A stretch of 64,000 bases of DNA, from positions 340,690,001-340,754,000 of the forward strand of contig NC_091469.1 in NCBI RefSeq assembly GCF_036971445.1. Reading direction: 5' to 3'. Below, piece by piece: positions 1 to 11,266 of the stretch. The position numbers were made by a program, and so were the translations under genes. The notes under the pieces were generated by a model. It was not told the origin of the DNA. It did not search any database and was given only the letters and a program-made list of their open reading frames with translations. The DNA comes from Narcine bancroftii (lineage: Eukaryota). Numbering within the stretch: position 1 is the stretch's first letter; every line of letters begins with the position of its first letter.

Positions 1-460
1 TCCATGGTCTCATGTACTGTTGCACCAAGACCCCCATAAAATGGAGGAGCAATACTTAATTTTCTGTCTGGGCATTCTCCAACCAGATGGCATTAACATC
101 TACTTCTCCAGACTTTGATACCCTACTCTCCATTCTCCCTCCCTTCCCTTTCCCTTCTTCATATTTCCTCCAGTTCTCCTTTCCCTTCCCTCTCCATCCA
201 CAATGCCATGCCTGCTTTCTGGTCTATCCTTCCACCCTTAGCCACCTATTACCTCCTGCCTCTGGTCTGCCCTCCCCCCCCCCATTTCGTTGGGTGTCTG
301 CCAACATTTTGTCATATCTTTTTGATGGGCTCAACCCTAAAACATTGGTTATGTATCTTTTTATCTTTGCTATAAAAAGTGCACTGTTTGACCCGTTGAG
401 CATCTCCAACATTGTGCTTTACTTCAACCATGGTGTCTGCAGACTCTCGTGTTTTATCCC
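1..460 (+). mobile_element. 3' tail (pLTR) of Penelope-like element
   Basis: Matches the 3' end of the RT/GIY-YIG element at 45970-46401 (aaatggaggagcaatacttaatttt...ccagatggcattaacat, pyrimidine tract, gggctcaaccctaaaacattggttatgtatcttt). Confidence 0.75.
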
Positions 461-471
461 TATGTACATAA

Positions 472-660
472 TATAACGTGATCGATAGTACTTGGAGACT
501 TGTGAGGAACACAAAAGTGCTCTTATTAGCTTACAATTAATGGCCGATATCTACAATATTCTTCAGGTAAATCAGAGGTAAGGCAGGAAAACAGGGTTTA
601 TATTGGGACCGACAAGGGCGGAGCCAAGAGGAGGGGTTGGCGGTCTAATCTATACATTCA
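472..660 (-). repeat. 3' LTR of G1
   Basis: Aligns along its length with 4496-4684 (roughly 80-85% by eye). TATA-like aatataaa and AATAAG/AATAAA on the minus strand. Confidence 0.9.
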
Positions 661-728
661 CCCCTTCAGAAAAGAACCTGCGAGTGAAAACAGAGACTAC
701 GTTCAGCAACTCAAATTTTTACAATTAT

Positions 729-3555
729 TTACAAATTGAGGTTGTCTGAGGGCCTGGTTATTCTGGTCGAGTGCCTTAGTACTGGTGGACTTTGCTCTTC
801 CTGTACCTCCTGTGGTTCTTGGATAGTCAGGCTTAAAGGAGGACTCAAGGGATCCAGATTTGATGGTAGCTCCATTGGAACCATGTCGTAAATAACCCTG
901 TGCGGGGTATTTGGAGATTTCTGGCCTATTGAGGGCATTGGGACCTCAGATCCTGAAGGTGCCAGATCTCTAACCGAGACCGTGTCCTTCCTGCCATCCG
1001 GATATGCTACATAGGCATACATAGGGTTTGTGTATAGTAGGTGCACTTTCTCAACCAGATGATCCATTTTGCTCCTCATGGTTTTTCAGCGGGACTGGTC
1101 AAGGTTTTGTTAACCATGCTGGAAGAGTGATCCCTGACGTGGATTTCCTTGGAAAAGCAAGCATTAGTTTGTGAGGAGTCACGTTGGTTGTGGTGCAGAA
1201 GAACGCCCTTATGGAGTGGAGTGCGGTGGGAAGAACCTCTTGTCAGCGTGAGTCTGGAAGGCCTTTACACTGGAGAGCCAATTTTACAGCCTTCCAAACT
1301 GTTGCATTCTCCTTTTCAACTTGGCTGTTCCCCCAGGGCTTGTAACTAGTCATCCTGCTCGAGGTGATGGCTCTTGCGAGCAGGTACTGGTGTAGCTCTT
1401 TGTTCATAAACGATGGGCCCCAGTTGCTATGAATATAACTGGGATACCTGAACATGGTAAAAATAGAGTTCAGAGCTCTGATGACTGTAGCGGTGGAGAT
1501 GTCTGGACAGGGGATAGCGAACGGAAAATGTGAGTACTCATCGATAAAGTTGAGAAAGTACATGTTTCCATTGGTGGAGGGAAAGGGCCCCTTGAAATCG
1601 ATGCTGAGTCGTTCGAAGGGGCTGGAAGCCTTTATCAGGTGCGCTTTGTTATGGCGGTAGAAGTGCAGTTTGTACTCAGCGCAGACCTGGCATGACATGA
1701 CCTGGTCATCTCCCTGATGTCTTCAATAGAGAAGGGGAGGTTGCGTGCCTTGACGAGTGGGCCATGTGGGTGATTCCTGGGTGGTAGAGCTCATTGTGAA
1801 TTGACCGAAACTGGCTGGTGTGTGCAGCAGTACAACTCCCTCAGGATAGGACATCTGGAGGTTCATTGAGAGTACTTGACCTATACACTATCTCATAGAT
1901 ATAGGTGGAGAGTTTGATCCTCCACCTCATGATTTTGTCATTCTTTATTTTACCCCTATTCGTATTATGGAACATGAATGCTACAGATCACTGATCAGTG
2001 AGCAGACTGAATTTCCTGCCTGCCAGGTAGTGCCTCCAGTGCTTGATGGCCTCCACAATGGCTTGAGCCTTCTTCTCCACAGACAGGTTCCGGAACTCAT
2101 GGCGTTGCAGGGTGCGGGAAAAGAAAGCTACCATCCTGCCTGCCTGGTTAAGAGTTGCAGCCAGAGTTATGTCAGAGACATCGCTCTCCACCTGGAATGG
2201 TGCATTTTTGTCCACTGCATGCATGGTGGCTTTTGCGATATAGCTCCTGACGTAGTTAAAATCTGCCTGGGCTTCAGCCGACAATGGGAAGGAGGTGGAT
2301 TTTAAGAAGGGCTGGACCTTGTCAGCGTAATGAGGTACCCACTGGAAATTGTATGAGAAGAAGCCCAGGCACCTCCTTAGTGCTTTTATGGTCCTTGGGA
2401 TAGGGAAGTCAAAGATGGGCCACATTCACTCAGGGTCTAAGCCAATGATGCCATTCTCCACCACATAGGATGGCTAGGTGTTTGGTCCTGAACATGCACT
2501 TACTGACATTGTATGTGAGGTTCAGGGATTTGGCTTCTGGAGATTGGCGTTGCGGTCCTCCAAATTGTGTCCACAAATGGTAACATTGTCGAGATAGGGG
2601 AAGGTATCCCTTAGCCCATACTTATCTACCATTTCGTCCATCTGCCTCTGGAAGACCAAGACCCCATTCGTAATACCAAAAGGGACCCTCAGAAACCGAT
2701 AAAGCCATCCATCTGCCTCAAATGTTGTGTAGGGATGGTCCTCGGAACGGATCGGTAACTGGTGATATGCTGCTTTCAGGTCAATAGTTGAATAGACCCG
2801 GTACTGCGCAATTTCATTCACCATGACCGAGATTTGGGGGAGGGGGTACGCATCCAGGAATATGAAACGATTAATAGTTTGGCTATAGTCAATCACTAGC
2901 CTGGGCTTTTATTCCCCTCTCACGATTACCACCTGGGCTCTCTATGGGCTGTTGGTATGTTCAATTATTTATTTTTTCTTAAGCAGCACTGTATTTCAGC
3001 TCTAATAAATTTTTGTTCCCCTGCACTGTATTGCCTGCTCTTTGTAGCTATCGGCTTACAGTCGAGAATTAGGTTCTGAAATGGGGGGTGGGGGTGGGGG
3101 GGTGGTTTCGATATTCAGTGTGGAGGGATCGCATGAAGTGTCTGGATTTTGGGTCTTTCCGTTCTGCACCATGATTGGGGGAAGTGGGCCTTAGTACTCC
3201 ATGGTCATGCTTTTAAGGTGACACAGAAGCACACAAATCTTTCAACACATACAAATCGGAACTTGTAAAATTCCCCCACTTTTACAGTTAAGTGCACAGT
3301 TAAATACCCCTGAATAGTCACCAAATATGATTACAATGCTAGATAGATATGATATTCCATGGGGTAAATCTTTAAGCTGAACTGCCTAGCAGTCGAAGAG
3401 TTTATAAAGCTCTCTGTCAAGTCAGTATCTATTAAGCAGTCTGTCAGATGTCCATTTACCCTCTCCTCCAGCGTCGAGTTGCTCAGCTGATGAGGTTTTG
3501 CTTGATCGAGGAAGACTGATGCCAGCGCTCTGGAGGCTGCATCTGCCAATGTCAT
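729..3555 (-). pseudogene. G1 pol (PR-RT-RNaseH-IN), frameshifted with stops
   Basis: ORF pieces 3331-3555 (protease), 2522-2896 (RT), 1988-2425 (RNase H), 1243-1698 (integrase core) and 729-1079 (integrase C-terminus). Confidence 0.92.
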
Positions 3556-4495
3556 CTTAATCCAAAGGCCGGAAAGGTGGCGTCAACCACAAGGAGCAGC
3601 AAGATGGCCACCGCTCCCACTATTGCACCTCTTCCAATAGTGGTTTCTGCCACGAGACACAGCAAGATGGCAGCGGCAGGCAGCATGGAGAGGAGAGGGC
3701 CCACAACTTTGGGCTTGGGCATGGGGTGTACGACTGTTTGGGGGCTGTGTACATGGTAGCCTTTCTGGTGTTTCCCTTTGTTCACCAGACTTTCGCCCAG
3801 TGCCCCCCTTACAGCATCCTGAACTCATGGACTCTTCCGTGGGGCATCTGGCGCAATTGTGTTTGGCCTGTCCAGTCACATGTGGCCGTGGTAGTCAGTA
3901 CCTGGGACAGTTGTGCTCTGCAGGCCTGGCTTTCTGAGAAGGTGCTGCTTATATTACCGAGGTTGTCTGCTCCCAGTTGGGCCTATTCGAGGGATTTCAC
4001 CTGATCGAGCATACTGGCAAGGTCCTTCTTCCCCAATTCTAATAGTCACTGCCTCACGTACTTCAAACTCACTCCTGCCAAGAGTGTATTTTGGACTTGC
4101 TCTTCTTCCCTCACCCTGGCTGAGACTGCTTCATAGTGGCACCTTCTCATCATAGTTCCAGGATGTAGTTGTCCAGTGATTCATCAAGTTGTTGCCGACG
4201 TTGTGAGAGTCAGTGTCTCACCTGCATATCGTTCTGGGGTCTCATGTAGTGGGCCTTCAGGCCTTCAATGGCCATCTCACACATTGCATACCCCTTGGGG
4301 CCGACTTGAGAGAGGAGGGTCGATCTCCAGATGCTGTCAGAATGGAAGATTTCTTGGGTGGGCACTTTGTAGGACTGGAAGCACTCCAACTAGTAGACAA
4401 ATTCTTCCGGGGCCTCTGGGGACAGAGGATTGACCTGGAGCATGCCTGGTCTCAATAGGGCATCCTTCCCATCTTCAAAAATAAGCTACTAAAAT

Positions 4496-4684
4496 TGTAA
4501 CATGATCGATAGAATTTGAAGACTTGTGAGGGGCACAAACATGGTTTTATTAGCTTACAACTAATGGCTGGTATCTACAATAGTCCAGGTAAATCGGAGA
4601 TAAGGTAGGAAAACAGGGTGTATATTGGGACTGACAGGGGTGGAACCAAGAGGAGGGGTCGGCCATCTAATCTATATATAGACA
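4496..4684 (-). repeat. 5' LTR of G1
   Basis: Bounded by tgtaacatga...tagaca (TG..CA). Homologous to 472-660. Confidence 0.9.
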
Positions 4685-4689
4685 CTAAA

Positions 4690-5135
4690 TTCCAGTTCAC
4701 TGCACATAGTGCCCTGGCTGGTGAAGGCAAGAGTGCCAAATGCCTTCTTCACCATCCTGTCTACCTGTGTCACCACTTCCAGGGAACTCTTCACCTATTC
4801 CCCAAGGGTTTCTGTTCCACAACATTTTCAAGGATCTTGCCATTTTATTGTAGACATCCTGCCCCAGATTAACTTTCCAAAATGCAACAGTTCACACTTG
4901 TCCACAATAAATTACATCTGCCATTCCTTGATTGACCTCCCCAAGGGATCTAGATTGTGTTGTAACTTTAGACAACCTTCCTCACTATCTACAAGCTTAC
5001 TGACCATGCTAACTATATTCTCATTCAAATCATTAAAATGAAATGACAAACAATAGTGGACCCTGCACTGATCCCTGCGGCACATTACTGGTCACAGGCC
5101 TCCAATCTGAAAAAAATCAGCCCTCCACTGCCAAT
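4690..5135 (-). mobile_element. CR1/HER1-like LINE RT fragment
   Basis: gtggaccctgcactgatccctgcggcacattactggtcac reads as the CR1 VTSNVPQGSVQGPLLF motif on the minus strand. Confidence 0.7.
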
Positions 5136-6755
5136 GTCTGTATTAAGGTCTTTAAGATGGCCAGAACTAAAGACGAGTAGTGGTAAGCATAAAACAGTTT
5201 GTGACAGTAACAGAGACAAAGTCAGAAACAAGGGTTGTAAAGGGGGAGAGGGAGAAAAATGCAGAGACAGTTATAGTAATGTGGAGGGAGAGAGAGAGGC
5301 AGGGAGAACGAGGTAATTAAAGCAACAAATAAATTTTGTTAGATAATTTTCAGAGGCTTAAGTATGATAGAGAATTGAAGTAGTGAGAGATCTGATGTGT
5401 TGTCGTTATTTAATCTGCCTCTAGTCTCCCAGGCGCAGGTGAGATAGCATTGTAAGTTGCAAAAATAGTTATTAGGTTAGAACAGTGAGAGAATCACAGC
5501 TTCACCTGGACTTGACAGTGAGTAGTGAGGAGGTAGAAAGGGAGAAAGCCGTAACTCATACCCAATAAACAACCTAGAGAAGGTCTTCTTTTACTTGCTT
5601 CCTGGCAATGGAAGAGAGTGCCCTGAAAAGTACAGGTGGCCACTTTGCCTCAGGAAGGTTATTAATATTGGGTAATGTGTAAATTTCTGAGGCTTTGATT
5701 GATTACTTTGTGTCGGCCTTTGCAGTGGAAGTAACATCAAAAATGCCAAAGAGAGAGTTATAGATAAAAATGGAGGTGAGTATTCAATCACTTTCACTAA
5801 AGAGGTAGTGGATTGCATTCTAGGGTACTGAAAAAAGGACAAAAGTATGTGTAGAGGAGTTCATAATAATTTACCAAAATTCTCTTGATCTCTGGGCAGA
5901 TGGGTGAACAGCAAATGTAATGCCACTGTTTAAAAAAGTATAAAGGAAAAAGGAAGGTTAATTAAAAGGAAGGTTAATAGGGAAGTTAATTTAATGTTTG
6001 TCATTGAGGAAATACCTTGAAGCTATCATTAAGGAGGAAATAGCGAGACATCTGGATACAAATTGTTCTATCAGGCAGACATGGATTCAGGAAGGAAAGG
6101 TCATGTTTGGCAAATTTACTGGAGTTCTTCGAGGAAACAATTAGTAATATGGATAGAAGGAACAAGTGGATGTTTTATACTTGGATTTCCAAAAGCCATT
6201 TAATAACATTAGACAATGAAGATTTTACTTCCTGAACACTTTTGGGTGCATTTTATGAATTTTGGGCTGGTGATCACAAAAATCACCTTAAAATTTTCTT
6301 ATCATGAATTATTTTTTTTACATATAACCTGTTTTTGTGATTTCCTTTCATATTTTAAGTCTACTTCAAACGGGGTCGGCACCTTGTGGGGACATTTGCA
6401 GACTTTCACCCACCCCCCCAACAAAGTCCTGTGCCCTCCCCCCCCCATACAGTCATGGTAATCCCTGGCCCCACTCCGTCCCATGTCAGTAGCATCTATA
6501 GCGTCTAGGATGATGCATGCTAGCGACTCTTCACCTGCCTCCAGTCGTGTCACTAGCATGCGTCAAGCATCAGTAGCTTGACACAATAAAGAGAGCACCC
6601 TCCTATCCAACATCGAAGGAATAGTCTCAATAATAGGTATGCTCTTGCTAACATCCCCCCCCCCCACCAATAGGTCAGTCCCTGCCCCCTCTAACTCACT
6701 AATGCCCCCCTATAACATGTTATGGTGCCAACCCTGACTTCAAGCATACAAAACC

Positions 6756-6944
6756 ATGAAGTACAACATGTCATTAAAAATTCATTTTCTGCATTCGTAC
6801 TTGGACTCCTTCCCTGCTGATTTTGGTGCAGTCGGTGATGAACATGGTGAAAGCTTTCATCAGGACATTGTGAGCATGGAAAAGCAGTATCAGGGGATCT
6901 GGAATCCATCAATGTTGACTGACTATTGTTGGACACTGACATGA
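6756..6944 (+). pseudogene. Chapaev3-like transposase C-terminal fragment
   Basis: KIHFLHS.LD.FP..GAV.DEHGE.FHQDI motif. Confidence 0.8.
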
Positions 6945-7536
6945 GAGGCATCAGATGCTGAGTACAAATGAAAATCAGCAGCAAACATTTTTAGGTCAGC
7001 TGAACTAACACAACGTGTCAGCACCATTATGTGATTAAACATGCTAAATTCAATAAAAGTTAATTTAATAATTCTCCGACTTCCTACACGATACGGCAAA
7101 TGATCTTTGTATTGAGCTTGAAGTTGTCTATCATAATCCCCAATTTCTTTTCAGGAAGCAAACCTTTTGTGAAAAACTTGTTGTCCAGTGTAATCAGAAA
7201 GGCAGTCAGAGATACCCACTCTAGTTGCTGATCACTATCCTGCCTCTAGTCTATCAATATCTATTATCACCTGACCAAAAGTTAATAGTTTCTAGTACTC
7301 CTCTGAATAATTCTCAATTCCCACTCAGAGTTAATTTATCCAAGTTCAAAGCTTTATTTATAATAGAGAACCACAGTGACTAAACCAAATGTTAAAAGGC
7401 TTTCAAGCCTTCCAATGTTGCTTTGAATTTTCACTTGGATTGGTTTTAGCAATGTGTCTGACAGTTCAGGATATGTCAGCTCTTGGCCAAAGCTATGATC
7501 ATTTTTAGGTCAGTTGAACTAACACAATGTGTCAGC

Positions 7537-7715
7537 CAGTTCTCCCTGTAAGCTGTGCGCGTGTGCCCAAATGATCAGTATGCACGCACACAAAGGAAAT
7601 CACTGCGTGTACCTCTGAACTCATGCGCACATACACAGTCCATTTTGTGCAAGTGCGCACGTGCATGCAGAATGTTTGTGCATGTGTACACACACACAGC
7701 TGAGAGGGAACACTG
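7537..7715. mobile_element. hAT-type MITE nested in Chapaev3 right end
   Basis: TIRs cagttctccct / agagggaacactg. 8-bp TSD gtgtcagc / atgtcagc. Confidence 0.8.
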
Positions 7716-7989
7716 ATGTCAGCATCATTTTGCGATTAAACAAACTAAATTCAATAAAAGTTAATTTAATGTTCCTCCAACTTCCTATTTGATACAGCAA
7801 ATCAGAAATTATCTTTGTGTTCAGCTTGAAGTTGTCTATCATATTCCCCAATTTCATTTCAAGTAAGCAAACATCTTGAAAAAACTGTTGTCTAGTGTAA
7901 GGTGCTGCATAAAAGAGTTCTGCATAAGATTAGCATGCATGGAGCTGGGGGTAATGTATTAGCATAGATAGAAGATTGGTTAACTATTA

Positions 7990-8225
7990 GAGGGCAGAGA
8001 GTTGGGAGAAATGGATGTTTCCCTTCCAGCCCAAGAATCCATGCTGTCCAATTACCCCAATTAATTTACCACCCCCATACGTTTTGAAGGATCGGAAGAA
8101 AACGGAGCATTGGAGAAAACCCACACAGACACAGAGAGAATGTACAAACTCCTTACAGACATTGCCAGATTCAACCCCAGGTTGCTGGTGCAGTAATAGT
8201 GTTGCACTAACCATGATGCTTACTG
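7990..8225 (-). mobile_element. HE1-like tRNA-derived SINE
   Basis: agaatgtacaaactccttacagac core is shared with copies at 22970-23150, 28705-28935 and 31405-31625. Confidence 0.7.
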
Positions 8226-9745
8226 TAAAAATAGAAGATCAGATTATAATTGAAATAGTGAAAGATTGCCACATACTATTGTGCAGTGGGACTTGGGAGT
8301 GTATGTGCATGAATCACAAAAGGTTGATTGTAGGTGCAGCAGGTAATCAAGATTGCAAATGGAGTGTTGGCCTTCATTGTTAGAGGGGTTGAATTTAAGA
8401 CCAGAGAGGTTCTGCTCCAATCATATAGGGCATTGGTGAGGCCAAAGTGTGCTGTGGGAGGTAAGAATTTTGGTGCATATGTAAATTGTACAATGCATAT
8501 AACAACAAATTCATTATCGTCATTGCGTTTTCATGCAATCTCATAGTTTTTGAGATCCTTACTTGGCTAAATTAAACTTTTTTTTTGATTTAAACTTGTA
8601 AAATTTTATTCCCATATTACTAAATAGTGAAAGGAATTCAGGTGCCAGGCATTCTTTTGAAGCTAACAAATTGGATTTTGTGAAGGGTGATTTTTCATCC
8701 TAACATCATCAGATGCCAAATTGGACAACTGAGGATTCTGTGACTGACATGTAAAAAGCTAGTAAATAGCAGCTGAGACATCAAAACCCACCCCTTCCAA
8801 ATTTATAAACCTCACATTGCTTTTTTTCTCTTCTCTGCGGACATTACAAACATTTTCTGCAGTTGCAAGACACACGATTCTCACACCACCAATCTCTGAT
8901 TTAGTCAGAATGTTAGCAGTGTGAGATATTTATTGTAATGTCAGTCCACTTACTATAATGAAGATTGATAGCCATGGTAATGAGAAGTAAATACTTCATG
9001 TGTGCACTTTCCTAAGAACTTTGTCCAGCCCCACACCAATCTGTAACTTTTATTCTCAATCTATTGACTGTGTTCCCAATGCTTTCTGTGGATTTAGACT
9101 TCTTAACTTTTGCTGATTTTTCACCCTAATAAAGAAATGAAACAAGATTCAAATGATCTATCCCTGCTTCCCCCTGCCAAAGCAATTTTTTTGTTTGTGT
9201 AATTAACAGATTGTAATCAATTAGAGGGCTAGATATTTGGTCAATGTGGTGCTCCTGATTCAGACTTCTGTGTTCCTAATCTTGTTTTCTGAAATTGTGC
9301 TGTGTTCTGCATTAAACAGAATCTTTCAAAGCATCTGCAGATGGTGTTTGGTTTGTTTTTTGGCAGAAGGCTGGTGATATAGTGTTACTGCAGTATGGTA
9401 AGCCTTTGTTAACTTCTACTATTAGTGTAAGGTTTATAGAATATATTTGTTTTGGAAGAGCTGGGAGAAATCACTAGGGTCCTCTCATACTAGAGAAGAA
9501 ATAATTCAGTATATTTAAAATTATGAGCATTCTATTACATAAAACACATGGGATATAATTCATAATCTCTTAGGAATGAAAACTATTTCAACGGCTGCTT
9601 CTACAACATTTCTTTCTTTTACCATTTCCAAACAAGTTTCTGTAAGCAGAATCGTGCCTCTGAAGTTCCATGCTGAATGCGGAATTCAATTAAAAATAGA
9701 TGCGAGTTGCTGTCCTGGTACTTTGTTGATTCCAGACTCCAAAAT

Positions 9746-9783
9746 TAACACTAACCCTAACCCCCCAACCCTAACCCTAACCC
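9746..9783 (+). repeat. Short degenerate (CCCTAA)n tract
   Basis: taacactaaccctaaccccccaaccctaaccctaaccc. Confidence 0.6.
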
Positions 9784-10639
9784 AAGTCAGTCCCATAAAA
9801 TCATATTAACCCAATAATGCTGCATATTTTGTGGCAATGAGAAGCCAGGATCCTGTTATTATCTTAGAAATGTGAGCTGAAAGTAGACCAGAAAAAGATT
9901 CTACAAAGTTGTATGACATGATAACTATGGGTGAGCTTCATCTGAGTATGAAAGTTCAACAGAAATAGTACTCACTTGTATGCTCCAATTTCATTGGGAT
10001 TGGGTAGCCCAGACCTGCTGAGGATGGAGAAAATTGACAGGAGTCATTCAAAACAACAAAATTAAAAGGAAAATCATTACAATGACTGTGGAAAATTATA
10101 TAGAACCTTCTTTCCTCATACTCCATAACTGCTTTCCTGGAGTTTTTTCTGAGTGCTCTGAGGCCAAGCCTTACAATTAAAATGAATAAACCTGCTATCA
10201 CCATAAAAAGGTTTTAGGTAACTAAACAAGTGCATAACTGAAATATTGTCCACCTTGCCCACCTGCATGTATTCTCATTATTCACCATGAATTTATACCA
10301 TTGCCACTTTGATCATTGGATTGTCAACCGTATTTCTTTTCCAGCTGCTGATGGTCACTGCATGGACTGCATACTAAGGAATTCATAATTTTATCATAAT
10401 TCACTTGCAAAACCATAGAATATACATTGGCAAGGAGAGGTCCAGAATTGGTGAAGAGATCATTGAGATGATCGTGGTAGTGAAAGAAGGAAAATCTTGA
10501 TCATCAATGATCACATCTCACAGGCCACTGACATAATGGTTATAACCATCTTCCTGCTTTTCATTTCACATGGAGCTAGAGTGGATTTTTAGCAACAGTG
10601 ATAAAATGTTTCATCGGCATTTTGTACCATCATTAAATA

Positions 10640-11079
10640 CAGATGGTCCCTGACATATGTTCAAGTTCCATTCTGACTGACTGGTCAGATCTTGAAATGA
10701 ATGCAAATCAGACATATGTTCCTTTTGGCCAACACATTCTTAAACTGGAGCCGTGGCACTTTGTCCTCAGCCCAGACTGTCCACCACCACCGGCACCTGG
10801 CCTGCGCTCACCTCTCCCATCTCAAACACTGGGTCTGTCTCTGCCTTTGTGTCCCGAAAATAGAACATATTCGGTGGCAGCAGAGTCTCGGCGCCCTCCT
10901 GGACGTGGCCGCCGCCACGCTGGTCCGTCAAAATAAACAGCCCCTGGATCTTTATATATACAATTTTTATATATACATCTATTTTTTTCTTCATTTAAAA
11001 ACATTTATACAGTATTTTTTTTTCAGCCACATGTACAGATGGTTGTAAGTTGCATAGGTCGTACATAGGGGACCACCTG
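10640..11079. mobile_element. Tc1/mariner-pogo (Tigger-like) MITE
   Basis: TA|cagatggtccctgacatatg ... gtcgtacataggggaccacctg|TA: imperfect TIRs with TA TSD. Confidence 0.7.
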
Positions 11080-11266
11080 TAAACTCTCAATGTGTTATTC
11101 TTCATTCGGCAGATTGGGTGAAAATCATGAACACATTTGAACTAAGCTAACTAATATGAGAACACCTCTGGACTAAGGAGCTAGAGAGAAAGGTATAAGT
11201 TTTATAATTATTTTATATTACTTAGTCAAACTTATTAACATTTTCTGTGATTAAAATTCAGTTTTT

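Larger units (their letters stand above)
472..4684 (-). mobile_element. Full-length degenerate Gypsy/Ty3 LTR retrotransposon (element G1)
   Basis: Direct LTRs 472-660 and 4496-4684. The minus strand carries gag, protease (LIDTD), RT (IDYSQTINRF..YLDN), RNase H (ESDVS..EKKAQAIVEA) and integrase (C..CAE..IDFKGP) in Gypsy order. Short PPT (gaagggg on minus) abuts 660. Confidence 0.95.
6207..7897 (+). mobile_element. Chapaev3-type (CMC superfamily) DNA transposon, internally deleted, with duplicated right end
   Basis: Left TIR cattagacaa at 6207. Right TIRs ttgtccagtg (7190) and ttgtctagtg (7897). TAA TSD at 6204-6206 and 7898-7900. ORF 6756-6944 (MSLKIHFLHSYLDSFP..GAVGDEHGESFHQDI..YQG.W..MLTDYCW) resembles the Chapaev3 transposase C-terminus. 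Confidence 0.8.
5870..8445 (+). mobile_element. CR1-like LINE RT fragment interrupted by Chapaev3 (6207-7897) and a SINE
   Basis: HGFRKERSCLANLLEFF..YLDFQKPFN before 6207 continues as KVLHKRVLHKISMHG after 7897. Confidence 0.8.

Noticed and set aside
9746-9783. Interstitial telomere marking a chromosome fusion
   Set aside because: Only about six degenerate units in one orientation. Such tracts are common inside fish repeats.
10780-10935. CpG-rich patch as a promoter
   Set aside because: It sits inside the TA-flanked Tigger-like MITE.
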